From: a virus
Direction: 5' to 3' (one strand)
DNA length: 64,000 nucleotides
Virus record (IMG/VR): IMGVR_UViG_3300011112_000003
Location: 1 to 64,000 of that record
The translations under genes were made by a program, and so were the position numbers. Each line of letters starts with the position of its first letter. The stretch's first letter is position 1. Below, piece after piece: positions 41,075 to 49,919 of this stretch. The notes under the pieces were generated by a model. It searched no databases. It was not told where the DNA came from and saw only the letters and a list, made by a program, of their open reading frames with translations.

Positions 41075-41786
41075 GCGCTGGTGCTCCTCTCCTTATCGAA
41101 CCGTGCGTGGATAGCTAGCGGCACAGCACTACGCTCCCACAGGAACACGTGGGTCGCGCCGATCACGAGCACGTCGCCCGGCAGCGGCGAATCGGCCCAG
41201 TCGATATCGACCATGATAAGGTGACCGTTCTCGAACACCATGCGGGTCGTCTGAGCCGTATGGCTCACCTCCGCGATGCGGGCCATGACGCAGTTGGGGT
41301 GTTTGGGGCGCTCGAACTCAGAGGCACCGGTTATCTTCGTGAACTCAGCCATGTTTCTTCTATCCAATCCTACCTAGGTACGAGGCAACGGCGTGGGCTC
41401 GGGCTTCTCGGTCGACTCCTGGGGCGCCTTCACTCCAGCCTGCGTACGCCACAGTTCCCCCGCCGTCTTCCAGGCGTGGTGCTCGGGGCTTTTCCTGTAC
41501 GCCCGGCTTGCCTCCTGGAAGCACGTCGCCGACCGCTCCATCATTTCCGCATTGCTCATCGACATCGTCTATCTCCTGTATACGATAAATCCGATCGCCC
41601 CCCGGGCGCCTGCCCCACCGCCGCACAACAGCAGATTTGGACAGAGCCCCCGAGGGACTACCCAGTTGTGCCCCCGCTCGGAATGCACGGGGTGGGGCCA
41701 GCGGAGTTGCGGTGGGCGCGCAGCACGATCGAAACCGTCCTGCCGCTTGTGCCCGCTCTCCGAAGTATTTAGGTTGGGCCTTCCCG

Positions 41787-42059
41787 CTACCCAGCGTCAC
41801 GATCGAACAGGTGGAAGATCAAGCCGCCACCCTGTAGCTGGAAGGTCCCGACATAGACCACAGATTCCAAACCGTCTGCCGCGTGTCCCGTTCCGCGGAT
41901 AGCGAGGTGCCGCTTCTTTGGTGGCGCCGACGTATCGACCAAAGCCCACAGGCAAGGCTCCCCACGCTGCACCTGGACGTCGAGCAGCCGTGCGCCCTCC
42001 GGCATTTCGACTACCAGTTCATCACCGATGGTCAGTTTGTATTTGTGGATAGATTTCAT
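41787..42059 (-). CDS. Conserved small phage protein (DUF7352-like)
   Basis: IHKY.L, MP.GA..L.VQ.Q...CLWALVD, GTGH, YVGT.Q....L.FHLF. Confidence 0.7.
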   Translation of the reverse strand: MKSIHKYKLTIGDELVVEMPEGARLLDVQVQRGEPCLWALVDTSAPPKKRHLAIRGTGHAADGLESVVYVGTFQLQGGGLIFHLFDRDAG

Positions 42060-42078
42060 CAGGTCCCTTTCTGCGACG

Positions 42079-42597
42079 CTACTCTGCATCCAAGGCGCGC
42101 TGCAGGCTGTCGAGCGCCGCCTGCGTATCGGACTCGAAGTCACCGCACATGCGGAGCCCCGCACTGTCCTGCAGCGACGCTTGGAAGCGGAGGGGCGCCA
42201 TCCTGCGGTATAGCTCTAGCCGGCCGCCATGGGGTAGCCCTACGGTTTCGGTGCCCTCACCGGGGTTGTGAAAGACGAACTGATACCTCTCGCCGTTCCA
42301 CACGCCGTTGTAGGTGAGGAGGTCAGCGGGGGCCGCAGTGGTGCGCACGGGCAGGGACGCCCGCACCGCGCAGTCCTTGGCCTCCATGAGCTTGCGCAAC
42401 GCTGCGCTGCGCTCGGCACAGCGCGAGATGTTCCGCACGAGACCCGTGGCGAGCGTACAGAAGTGAGCCGAGACGAGCTGCAGGTGATCGGGTAGGTGCT
42501 CGAACTGGAAGTATTGCAGGATCGGGTCGACGCTGATCTCTTCGTCAGTCGGAGCTATCGTCGAGTCCGGCCGAAGCGGGAAGCTGTCTATGCTCAT
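42079..42597 (-). CDS. Protein with N-terminal Acb2/Tad1-like helical hairpin
   Basis: ILQYF.FEHLP.HLQ.VS..F..LA.........ERSAALRKL.EAKD.AVRA. Confidence 0.55.
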   Translation of the reverse strand: MSIDSFPLRPDSTIAPTDEEISVDPILQYFQFEHLPDHLQLVSAHFCTLATGLVRNISRCAERSAALRKLMEAKDCAVRASLPVRTTAAPADLLTYNGVWNGERYQFVFHNPGEGTETVGLPHGGRLELYRRMAPLRFQASLQDSAGLRMCGDFESDTQAALDSLQRALDAE

Positions 42598-42610
42598 GAT
42601 AGGCCTTTCA

Positions 42611-42682
42611 AAAATAGGAGGGCGCAGCGCCGAGTAGCGCTTCCCGGATGACGACGGGGGACTGTTCTACGCTGCGCCCTCA
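42611..42682 (-). ncRNA. Putative small structured RNA or 5' leader
   Basis: 12-bp inverted repeat GAGGGCGCAGCG/CGCTGCGCCCTC (42618-29, 42670-81) right after TATCCGA-TATACT; followed by TATTTT. Confidence 0.45.
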
Positions 42683-42702
42683 CAGGAGTATATCGGATAA
42701 GT

Positions 42703-42966
42703 TCAGGTAGCTCGCTTGGCGAATGCCGTGGTCCTAGCTTCGAGGCCATGCGCGTACCCCTCGCGCCACTCCGCGCCCATGGCTGCCATCACAGCTCCGG
42801 GCGTCGGCGCCCTGCATGCGCCCTGCGTCCAACCGGCGCGATACTCTACAGTCCCACACGTGTCGCCGCGCTCCACTACCGCCCCAGCGAGGCGCATTTC
42901 CGCCTCGGAGAATCCAGTCCCTCCAAGATACGCCGCGTAGTTCAGTTTCACCTCTGTCGTCGCCAT
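42703..42966 (-). CDS. Hypothetical protein
   Basis: AGGAGG RBS; downstream of TTGACT promoter. Confidence 0.55.
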   Translation of the reverse strand: MATTEVKLNYAAYLGGTGFSEAEMRLAGAVVERGDTCGTVEYRAGWTQGACRAPTPGAVMAAMGAEWREGYAHGLEARTTAFAKRAT

Positions 42967-42989
42967 AGGCCATGCCTCCTGTCGTTCTT

Positions 42990-43043
42990 AGTGTACGTAC
43001 ACTCCCACGCCTCTGTACGTACAGTCAAGCCCTCTTTGGATAA
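42990..43043 (-). promoter_or_regulatory. Sigma70-like promoter overlapped by paired GTACGTAC operators
   Basis: TTATCCAAA..TTGACT GTACGTAC N14 GTACGTAC; palindromes at 42990-43003 and 43013-24. Confidence 0.7.
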
Positions 43044-43048
43044 AAGAT

Positions 43049-44938
43049 TCAGGCGTGGGCCGGGGCTCTATGCCCGCTGTAGCCGGGCTTGAACAGTAGG
43101 TGCTGCAGGAAGTCTAGGATCACGAGACGTCTACGCGAGGCGGCCTCGTACAGCACAACTTGGATATCTGTACTGGTCGATCGCAACCTGTGGCATTCCC
43201 GGCACTGCTTGGTGCCTTTGGGGCGAGCGTAGACGAAATGGTCCCCGGGGCACGGCTTGCCCCCGCGCGAGCTGAAGTAGTCACCGCTACACCCATTACG
43301 CTTGTGCCCTCCCTTGTGCAGTTGGTGCCTGCCGCAGTGGGACCTACCTGAGCCCCCGGCTACAACAGCGAGCAGGCACGCACGCCTGTCTATGATATCC
43401 ACCATCCTGTCGGCTGCCCGATCCTCCGCTGGCAGTAGCGCGCCCACCGACTCACGCGCCCATAGCCCGTTGATCCGCAGGGCTATCTGATGCGGCCTGT
43501 ACTGCAACGTCTTCACGAGCGGTAGGTTGTCCGCAGCCCACCCGATCGGAGGCGCGGGCAGCAACTGCTCGATGGCGCTGCTGGGGTTATCCCCCCGAGC
43601 CTTCCCATCGAACTGCTCGAACACCTTGCTTCGGATAAGCCACAAGGGTGGGCCTGCCTCCAGAGGGGCTTTCTTGGGTGGCGGCTTCGGCTCTGGTCCA
43701 ATCGCCACGAGGTCGCCTGGCGCGTCCACGAGCGGGGCATCCGGGACAGTCGGCCTGGGGAACTCGTGACCGCACTCGCACACGTGCAATCCCCTCGGGA
43801 CAATCGCACAGCATTCGGGACATTCCTTGGTAAGCGCATCGCCTTTCTTGCTGACCTTGCTCTCCAGTGAGAACTCGCGGTCATCCTGCGGCAGCCCGTG
43901 CTTCATGGCGTTCCCCGCATGGTCTAGGATGAGTGCGCCCACGCCTTCCCACGGACGCAAGATACGCCCGCCCTGCTGCAGGTAGAGGCCCATCGACTTG
44001 GTGGGCCTCGCAAGGATGGCGACCTTCACCGCAGGCATATCCCAGCCCTCGCAAAGTACGGAACAATTAGATAAGACTGTAGTCTCCCCGCTGGCGAGCC
44101 GCCGCAGGATCGCGGCACGCTCTGCGGTGGGCGTCATGGCGTCGAGGTGCTCCGCGCGGATGCCTGCAACAATGAACGCATCCACGATTGCTTTCGAGTG
44201 CGCGACGTTCACCGCGAACGCCACAGTCCGACGCCCTTCCGCGTGCTTCTCCCAGTGTGCCACGATGCCGCCCACAAGACCGCCCGTGTTCACCGCGGCG
44301 GCCAACTCTGCTTCGTCGTAGTCGCCTCCGCGCACTCGGATGCCGGAGAGGTCGGGCAGGGAGCCGCTGGGGGCCGAGAAGACTCGGGGCTCCACGAGGT
44401 AGCCATCTTCGATCAACGCCCGCGGGGTCGTGACGACCACCATCTCCTGGAACACGTCGCCCAGCCCCTGGCCATTGGCGCGGTACGGTGTGGCGGTCAT
44501 GCCTAGCAGTGCTGCGCTTGCGTAGTGCTCAGCAGCTTTGCGGTAGGTCTTCGCGGTAGCTCGGTGACACTCGTCGATGAACACGAGGTCAGCGGCAGGC
44601 TTCAGTTCCCTGCGGCTCCAGGTGGATATGCTGGCAATCTGCACGGGGGCCGTGGGGTTCGTGCGCGGGTCCTTGCCCATCATCACCCCCAGCCTCGCCG
44701 AGGGCACGCCCGCGTCCAGTAGCTTCTCGTAGGTCTGCCCGATCAACTCACGTCGATGCGCGAAGAACACCACGCGCTTGCCGAGCCTGTGTGCCGCCTC
44801 AATGATGTGCGCCGCGATAACCGTCTTGCCGCCGCCCGTCGGGGCCACGAGAAGCACCCGGCGCACTGTGGGGGTGAATGCCGACCGCGCCCGATCTACC
44901 GCTTCGAGCTGGTATGGCCGTAGCTCTACGCTGTTCAT
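43049..44938 (-). CDS. SF2 DEAD/DEAH helicase (RadD/YejH-like) with Zn ribbon
   Basis: LRPYQ, APTGGGKT, DECH, GMTATP, EGWD.P, Q..GRILR, CPEC...CECG. Confidence 0.92.
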   Translation of the reverse strand: MNSVELRPYQLEAVDRARSAFTPTVRRVLLVAPTGGGKTVIAAHIIEAAHRLGKRVVFFAHRRELIGQTYEKLLDAGVPSARLGVMMGKDPRTNPTAPVQIASISTWSRRELKPAADLVFIDECHRATAKTYRKAAEHYASAALLGMTATPYRANGQGLGDVFQEMVVVTTPRALIEDGYLVEPRVFSAPSGSLPDLSGIRVRGGDYDEAELAAAVNTGGLVGGIVAHWEKHAEGRRTVAFAVNVAHSKAIVDAFIVAGIRAEHLDAMTPTAERAAILRRLASGETTVLSNCSVLCEGWDMPAVKVAILARPTKSMGLYLQQGGRILRPWEGVGALILDHAGNAMKHGLPQDDREFSLESKVSKKGDALTKECPECCAIVPRGLHVCECGHEFPRPTVPDAPLVDAPGDLVAIGPEPKPPPKKAPLEAGPPLWLIRSKVFEQFDGKARGDNPSSAIEQLLPAPPIGWAADNLPLVKTLQYRPHQIALRINGLWARESVGALLPAEDRAADRMVDIIDRRACLLAVVAGGSGRSHCGRHQLHKGGHKRNGCSGDYFSSRGGKPCPGDHFVYARPKGTKQCRECHRLRSTSTDIQVVLYEAASRRRLVILDFLQHLLFKPGYSGHRAPAHA

Positions 44939-44964
44939 GTGCTCCTACTAGTAGCGGATAAGAC

Positions 44965-45189
44965 TCAAGCGCCCCACACCGGGCCCCCGTACAGCTTGTG
45001 CTCTCGCGTCGTCGCCCCGCAGTCCTGGCATGTGGTGATCTGCGCCACCCCTCCCGACACTTCCGGATCGAGTAGCGTCTTCCGCCAGCAAGCCATCCTC
45101 GGGTGCTCGCAGGGCCGTCCCGCACGCCGCCGGATGCGCATGTGCCTCGCGTACCCCCGGGCGTCCAGGCCCCGCGTGCTAGCGATCAC
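44965..45189 (-). CDS. Small protein with shared leader motif (dispersed copy)
   Basis: TRGLDARGYARHMRIRR plus C-terminal CQDCG. Confidence 0.5.
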   Translation of the reverse strand: MIASTRGLDARGYARHMRIRRRAGRPCEHPRMACWRKTLLDPEVSGGVAQITTCQDCGATTREHKLYGGPVWGA

Positions 45190-46824
45190 TTCCGCCTCGC
45201 ATACTCCCGCCAGCGCTGGCCCAGGCGCACGCCCGGCGTCCTACGCGGTGGGTGCAGCGGCGCTCGGACCTCAGGCGGGAAGCGGTAGGGATCGCGGGCG
45301 CACGACGTCAGGTCCAGGCGCAGCTGTTGGATGCCCACGCGCAGGTCTTCGCGGTCGATCAGGGTTTCTGCGTATGCGTGGTCGACGCCCGTGACGAGGA
45401 TAAGCACATCCTTCCCCGTGAAGGTGCAGCGGTAGTTCGTGATCATCCCTCCGCCATTATCCGCGCAATCGCCTCTATCTGCTTATCAGTCGCTTCCCGA
45501 CACACGTCCGCCGCTACCCGAGTACGCAGCTCAGTGGGCGACTCGAACTCCAGTGTGACCTTCCACTCGCGCACCTGCATGGCCAGCTGCGCAAGGCTGC
45601 GCGGTAGGATAAGCATACCGTCACCACACCAGTCCGATCCGCAGGGGGGCTCGAAGGCCGTGGGGCCGAACGCACCCTTCACGCGCACGCCCCGTCTACC
45701 GTCGCGTGGCATCAACTCGTATCCGTGGGAACGGGGAAAGAACTTCAGGTCTATCTTCATATCACCCGCCACATGATCAGCGCCATTAGGTAGCCCGCCA
45801 GCCAGCACAGCATGAACGCCAGCGCTATCACCTTCGAGCCGATGCGCTCGTGCAGATCCGCTATCTCTTTGTTGCGCAGCTCCACCGCGGCCTCAAGTGC
45901 CACGATCGCCTGGTCGGGGTCGCGAGTGATCCGCGAGTAGCCGAGGATGTCGGTGTTCGTGCGCAGTGCGAGTAGGCCACGGTGGCTCGGGTCGCGGCAC
46001 ACCAGGATATCGGTCATTCCCCGTCCACCCAGTCGATGACAGCCGCTGCCAGACACAGGCACAGGAACATGATTCCGAGTACGAGTGCCGTGATCATTTC
46101 TGGGGTGATCATTCGCTCACCCAGCGCAGGCCACACCAGATGCGCTTGCACTCATCGCACTGCGCCGCAACGGGTACGCCATGACGCTGCTCCAGCGGGC
46201 TCGGCTCCATCTTCGCACCACACAGCGTAGGGCCGTTGCGGCCGCGGTGCCAGGCGTACACGGGCTTGTCTTTCATCGGATCGCCGTCGCCCAGCTTGTT
46301 CGATACCCAGTAGTCCATGTCCGCTTGGGCTTCCGCGAGCTTGTTGATATCGACCCACAGGGCGTTCGGGAACCCGTAGTGGCCGCTCGGGATAATGCGG
46401 CCGCCTGCGCGAGCGAGCATGAGCTTGGCCAGCTCGGATAGCCCCGCGTCGAGCTTCTTCTCGCTCATGCGTATCCCCTCCGCGCCAGCGTGATGCATGT
46501 CGCCGCGAGTAGCGCCAGTTGGATATACTCTTGGATCGTCATCGCTTGCCTACTCCTGCTGTAGCGGATAACCGTGCTCTGAATGAGCCGTAGATCCGGA
46601 TCGCCCGTTCGAGCCCATCCCAAGGCGCCTGTGAGTCCCCCTGGCGATACGGCGGGATATCCAGCACCGCATGCGCCGCCATCCGCACGCGGTGCTCTGC
46701 GCCGGGGGTACGAAGCACGCGGTACGAGGCGTCCTGCAGGCCCTCCCCCCGCTGTCTGCCCAAGCACTTGCTGGCCCGGTCGTAAAGCCGCTGCCCCTCC
46801 AGTACTAACATCGCCTATCCCTTC

Positions 46825-47004
46825 TCATCGCCTACCCTCCACGACGTCCTTCGCCCACTGCCGCATATCGTCGAGCCACCGCTGCGCCTCAGGCGACACG
46901 ACGCGCACAACCGGCGCCGGGTCTCCGCGCATCACGCGCATGAGCTTCGCATAGTCTGTATTGGATAGGCCTGTAGTCCCCACGATGTGCAGGCGCCCTG
47001 CCAT
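46825..47004 (-). CDS. Small protein with shared leader motif (dispersed copy)
   Basis: TTGLSNTDYAKLMRVMRGDP. Confidence 0.55.
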   Translation of the reverse strand: MAGRLHIVGTTGLSNTDYAKLMRVMRGDPAPVVRVVSPEAQRWLDDMRQWAKDVVEGRR

Positions 47005-47006
47005 TA

Positions 47007-47231
47007 CTACGCGCTGCCTGTGTGGACGGCGTTGATGACTGTGCCCTCCACAGGCGCCAAGGACTCGCCATCGGAGAGGGACCCGCCAGTACCATCGGGC
47101 CGCTTGTACGTCACGGTCAGTTGCTGGCCAGGTTTGCGGGCCAGGGCACACACGGTGGAGTAGGGCAACGGTACGTCGTCGAGCACGTAGTTCATCCCGT
47201 TGATTGCCATCTCTACTGTCGGTTTTGCCAT
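47007..47231 (-). CDS. Ubiquitin-like (multi-ubiquitin domain) protein
   Basis: INGMNY....L.Y..V..LA......TVTY......GSL..GES.....G.VIN...TG. Confidence 0.6.
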   Translation of the reverse strand: MAKPTVEMAINGMNYVLDDVPLPYSTVCALARKPGQQLTVTYKRPDGTGGSLSDGESLAPVEGTVINAVHTGSA

Positions 47232-47517
47232 TAGCTCGTTGTCTTTCTTGTTGCCTGTGATGTGCAGCCGCGTCACTGCACCAACCTGATACGGTCCGTC
47301 TTCGGGATAGCCACTGACTCAGGGACCACACCGGTACCCATGAGCGCTTGCGCATCCTCGTCGAACCACAACCCAGTCAGCGTGCCGATGCGCTCGCCTG
47401 CGTCGTTGCGGATGCCCTCGTCGATGACTCCCTTGGCGGCCGACTCGCGTAGCGTATCCGCCGGCCACTCGTCGGAGACTGTGATCAGGATCATCGTGAC
47501 TTTCTTGTCTGTCATCG

Positions 47518-47967
47518 CTAGTCCGCCGTTATCCGCGTCAGCTCTATCGGCGGGAAGGACCAGGACTCTCCCTCATCGTCCACAACGTCTATGTACGGGT
47601 ATTCGTCCAGCGCCACTTGGTCAACGGCCACAATGAACTCTCGGTTGCCGGAGGTCTTTACGCGCTCGCCCTTTTTGAGTAAGGCGCAGGATATCCGCGT
47701 GTAGCCGTCCTCGAACGCCTTCGCGGGCGAGTAGGCTGTGTAGCCATCCGCATCCTCGTAGACCACGTAGTAGCCGCCAACCTCGACCAGCGAATGCGCG
47801 GCAAGCCACTTCGCGCTTACCTGAACAGTGATCTCCGACAGCTCCCCCTCCAGTTCCAGAACCACAGCATCGTCGCAAGGGCTCTGCTGCATGCCTATGA
47901 TCTTCGCCGCCTTGACCTCCTTGTGGCAGCGGTACTTGGATAGTGCTGTTGTCCTTATGTCGCTCAT
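47518..47967 (-). CDS. Paralog of 28558-29013 domain (candidate sponge)
   Basis: YRCHKEVKAAKI...GGYYVVYED.DGY..YSP.KAFEDGY. Confidence 0.6.
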   Translation of the reverse strand: MSDIRTTALSKYRCHKEVKAAKIIGMQQSPCDDAVVLELEGELSEITVQVSAKWLAAHSLVEVGGYYVVYEDADGYTAYSPAKAFEDGYTRISCALLKKGERVKTSGNREFIVAVDQVALDEYPYIDVVDDEGESWSFPPIELTRITAD

Positions 47968-48792
47968 TCTTTGTTATCCTCGCAGACTGATTAGATACTC
48001 GACGGTCTGGCCCTCGTCCACGATCATCTTCAGGAGCGTGCGCACCATCGCGATGCTGATCGTTCCGTCCTTGACCCGGTCGAGCGCCACGCCCATCTGC
48101 TCCTGTAGGAAGTCCACGGTGACCGCGTGCGTACGGCATGCAGGGTTCTTCAGTTCGGCCTCGACCTGCGCGGCCGCCCCGGGGTGCAGGGCCATCAACT
48201 CCGGGATGGAGCAGTGCATGCCTGTGTGGTCCTTCGGTCGCTTGCAGGTGGCGCCGTCCTTGCGCTCGTTGCATAGCGTCACAACCTCCAACTCGGCCGC
48301 ACTGAACTCGGTCGCATCGAACTCCACACCACCAATCGTCACGGTGGACTCGGGTTCCATCGGCGGCGGGCACAGCGGGCAATGGCTGCCTGGCATCCCG
48401 TGATAGTCGTGCGTACACCCCTGCCCAAGTAGCGCCATCTCAACCCTCCGTACCTTCGGGCCATTGCTCTTCACAGCGTGGCCTATATCCCAGCATCTCT
48501 TCCACGAACGAGTTCGCCTCCAGCTGCTCCAGCGTCTGTCGCGCATTCAGCACGATCAACCCGAGTGCGTTCTCCCTTGAGCCGTCACAGTGCTTGTATA
48601 GGATAGCGTTGCCGTAGCGCACGCCGCGGTGTCGCGCGGTCCACTGCCTGCCTTCGTACTTGCGGCACTCGGAAATCTCGAACTCCCGCACGCGGGCCAT
48701 CCCCAGCACGCGCAGCAAGTCGCGCGGGACGTGGGCGGTGCCTATGTCTGCCGCGGCGTTTGTGATGTCTCGGCCGCGCCTCTTGGTGCCCA

Positions 48793-49404
48793 CTACCCAT
48801 CCCTCCCTGGGATAGCGAACACCGCCCGCTTGATCTGCTCCCACTCGGTGCAAGGCCCGCATCCGCGCGGCACTGATGGATCCGTGGCGCTGGGGTCGTG
48901 CTTGTGGTCCGACAGATGCACGAGCCGGGCACGCTCCGCTGCGAGTGCTCGGGCGACGCTGTTGACCGCCTCGGTCACCTCCCCCAGTTCGCCGAGTGCT
49001 GCGCGGGCTGCGGCGATGTCCGGGGCGCTCGGCGGCTCGGGGATGTTGGTCAGGTCGGGCGCCTCCACCGCTACGCACGTAACATCCTCGACAGTGAAGC
49101 ACGGCGGGTCCAGCCCCATCACGCGCGAATACGCCTCGATCGAGTCGTGCTTCCGTGGTCCCGCCTGATAGGCCGCTCGGTACGCCCTCCGCTCGATCTC
49201 CTGCATGTTGTCCCACACCTGCACCTCGCGACTCGGGTAGCGCATGATGCCCTCAGCCAAGGCGCGGGGGCCAACGTCAGACTGCAGAGCCTCTTCGATC
49301 GAGGCGTATGACCGCAGAGCCCTCTCGAAAGTCATCTTGACTGTGAGCGGCGTTCGCTCAGAGTCGGGCACCTCGGCGTCGATGGTCGTTGGCGTCTTGG
49401 TCAT
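48793..49404 (-). CDS. Hypothetical protein
   Basis: ATGA coupling; N-terminal AEVPDS shared with upstream gene. Confidence 0.55.
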   Translation of the reverse strand: MTKTPTTIDAEVPDSERTPLTVKMTFERALRSYASIEEALQSDVGPRALAEGIMRYPSREVQVWDNMQEIERRAYRAAYQAGPRKHDSIEAYSRVMGLDPPCFTVEDVTCVAVEAPDLTNIPEPPSAPDIAAARAALGELGEVTEAVNSVARALAAERARLVHLSDHKHDPSATDPSVPRGCGPCTEWEQIKRAVFAIPGRDG

Positions 49405-49919
49405 CCTATCTTCACCTTCAGCCCTAGTAAGGCGCTGTGATAATCAAACTCCGGGTCAGCCCGCTTCGCCGCACTGACGTCGAGACATGCCTGGAAATGC
49501 GCATCATCCATGTGTCTCCAGTGCTTCGGCATGTCGACCATCGGGATTTTGTGAACGGACGCATAAAGCGCCATGGCCTCATCGGAGAGCCGGGTCTTCA
49601 TCGACGCCGTCACTGAATAGAGGTCGACGGACCCGCCGTCACCGACGCGGGCGGACAACACGTACATCACGTCGTCTTCGTCCTCTTCCTTGCGGACGAA
49701 TGCGTCTTGCTTCGAGAACGACACCCCCTTGCGGAGATCGCGGAACCCCACCGCAACCTCAGTGAGGTCTCCACATCTCACCATGCCGGCTAGCAGTTCG
49801 CCAATGTCCCACGGCCAGCAGCACGTCTTAGAGTCGGGCACCTCCGCGCTTTCGGTAGTCGAGTCGATCTTGTTCTTGCTTGGCTTGTTCACCGGGTCGG
49901 TCTTCGAGGGGTCGGTCAT
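49401..49919 (-). CDS. Hypothetical protein
   Basis: N-terminal AEVPDS shared with downstream gene. Confidence 0.55.
   Translation of the reverse strand: MTDPSKTDPVNKPSKNKIDSTTESAEVPDSKTCCWPWDIGELLAGMVRCGDLTEVAVGFRDLRKGVSFSKQDAFVRKEEDEDDVMYVLSARVGDGGSVDLYSVTASMKTRLSDEAMALYASVHKIPMVDMPKHWRHMDDAHFQACLDVSAAKRADPEFDYHSALLGLKVKIG

Noticed and set aside
46109-46468. GLSELAKLM (and ALSDEEHA in 60868-61368) as further leader copies
   Set aside because: Spacing does not fit and the (F/Y)AxxMRxxR part is missing
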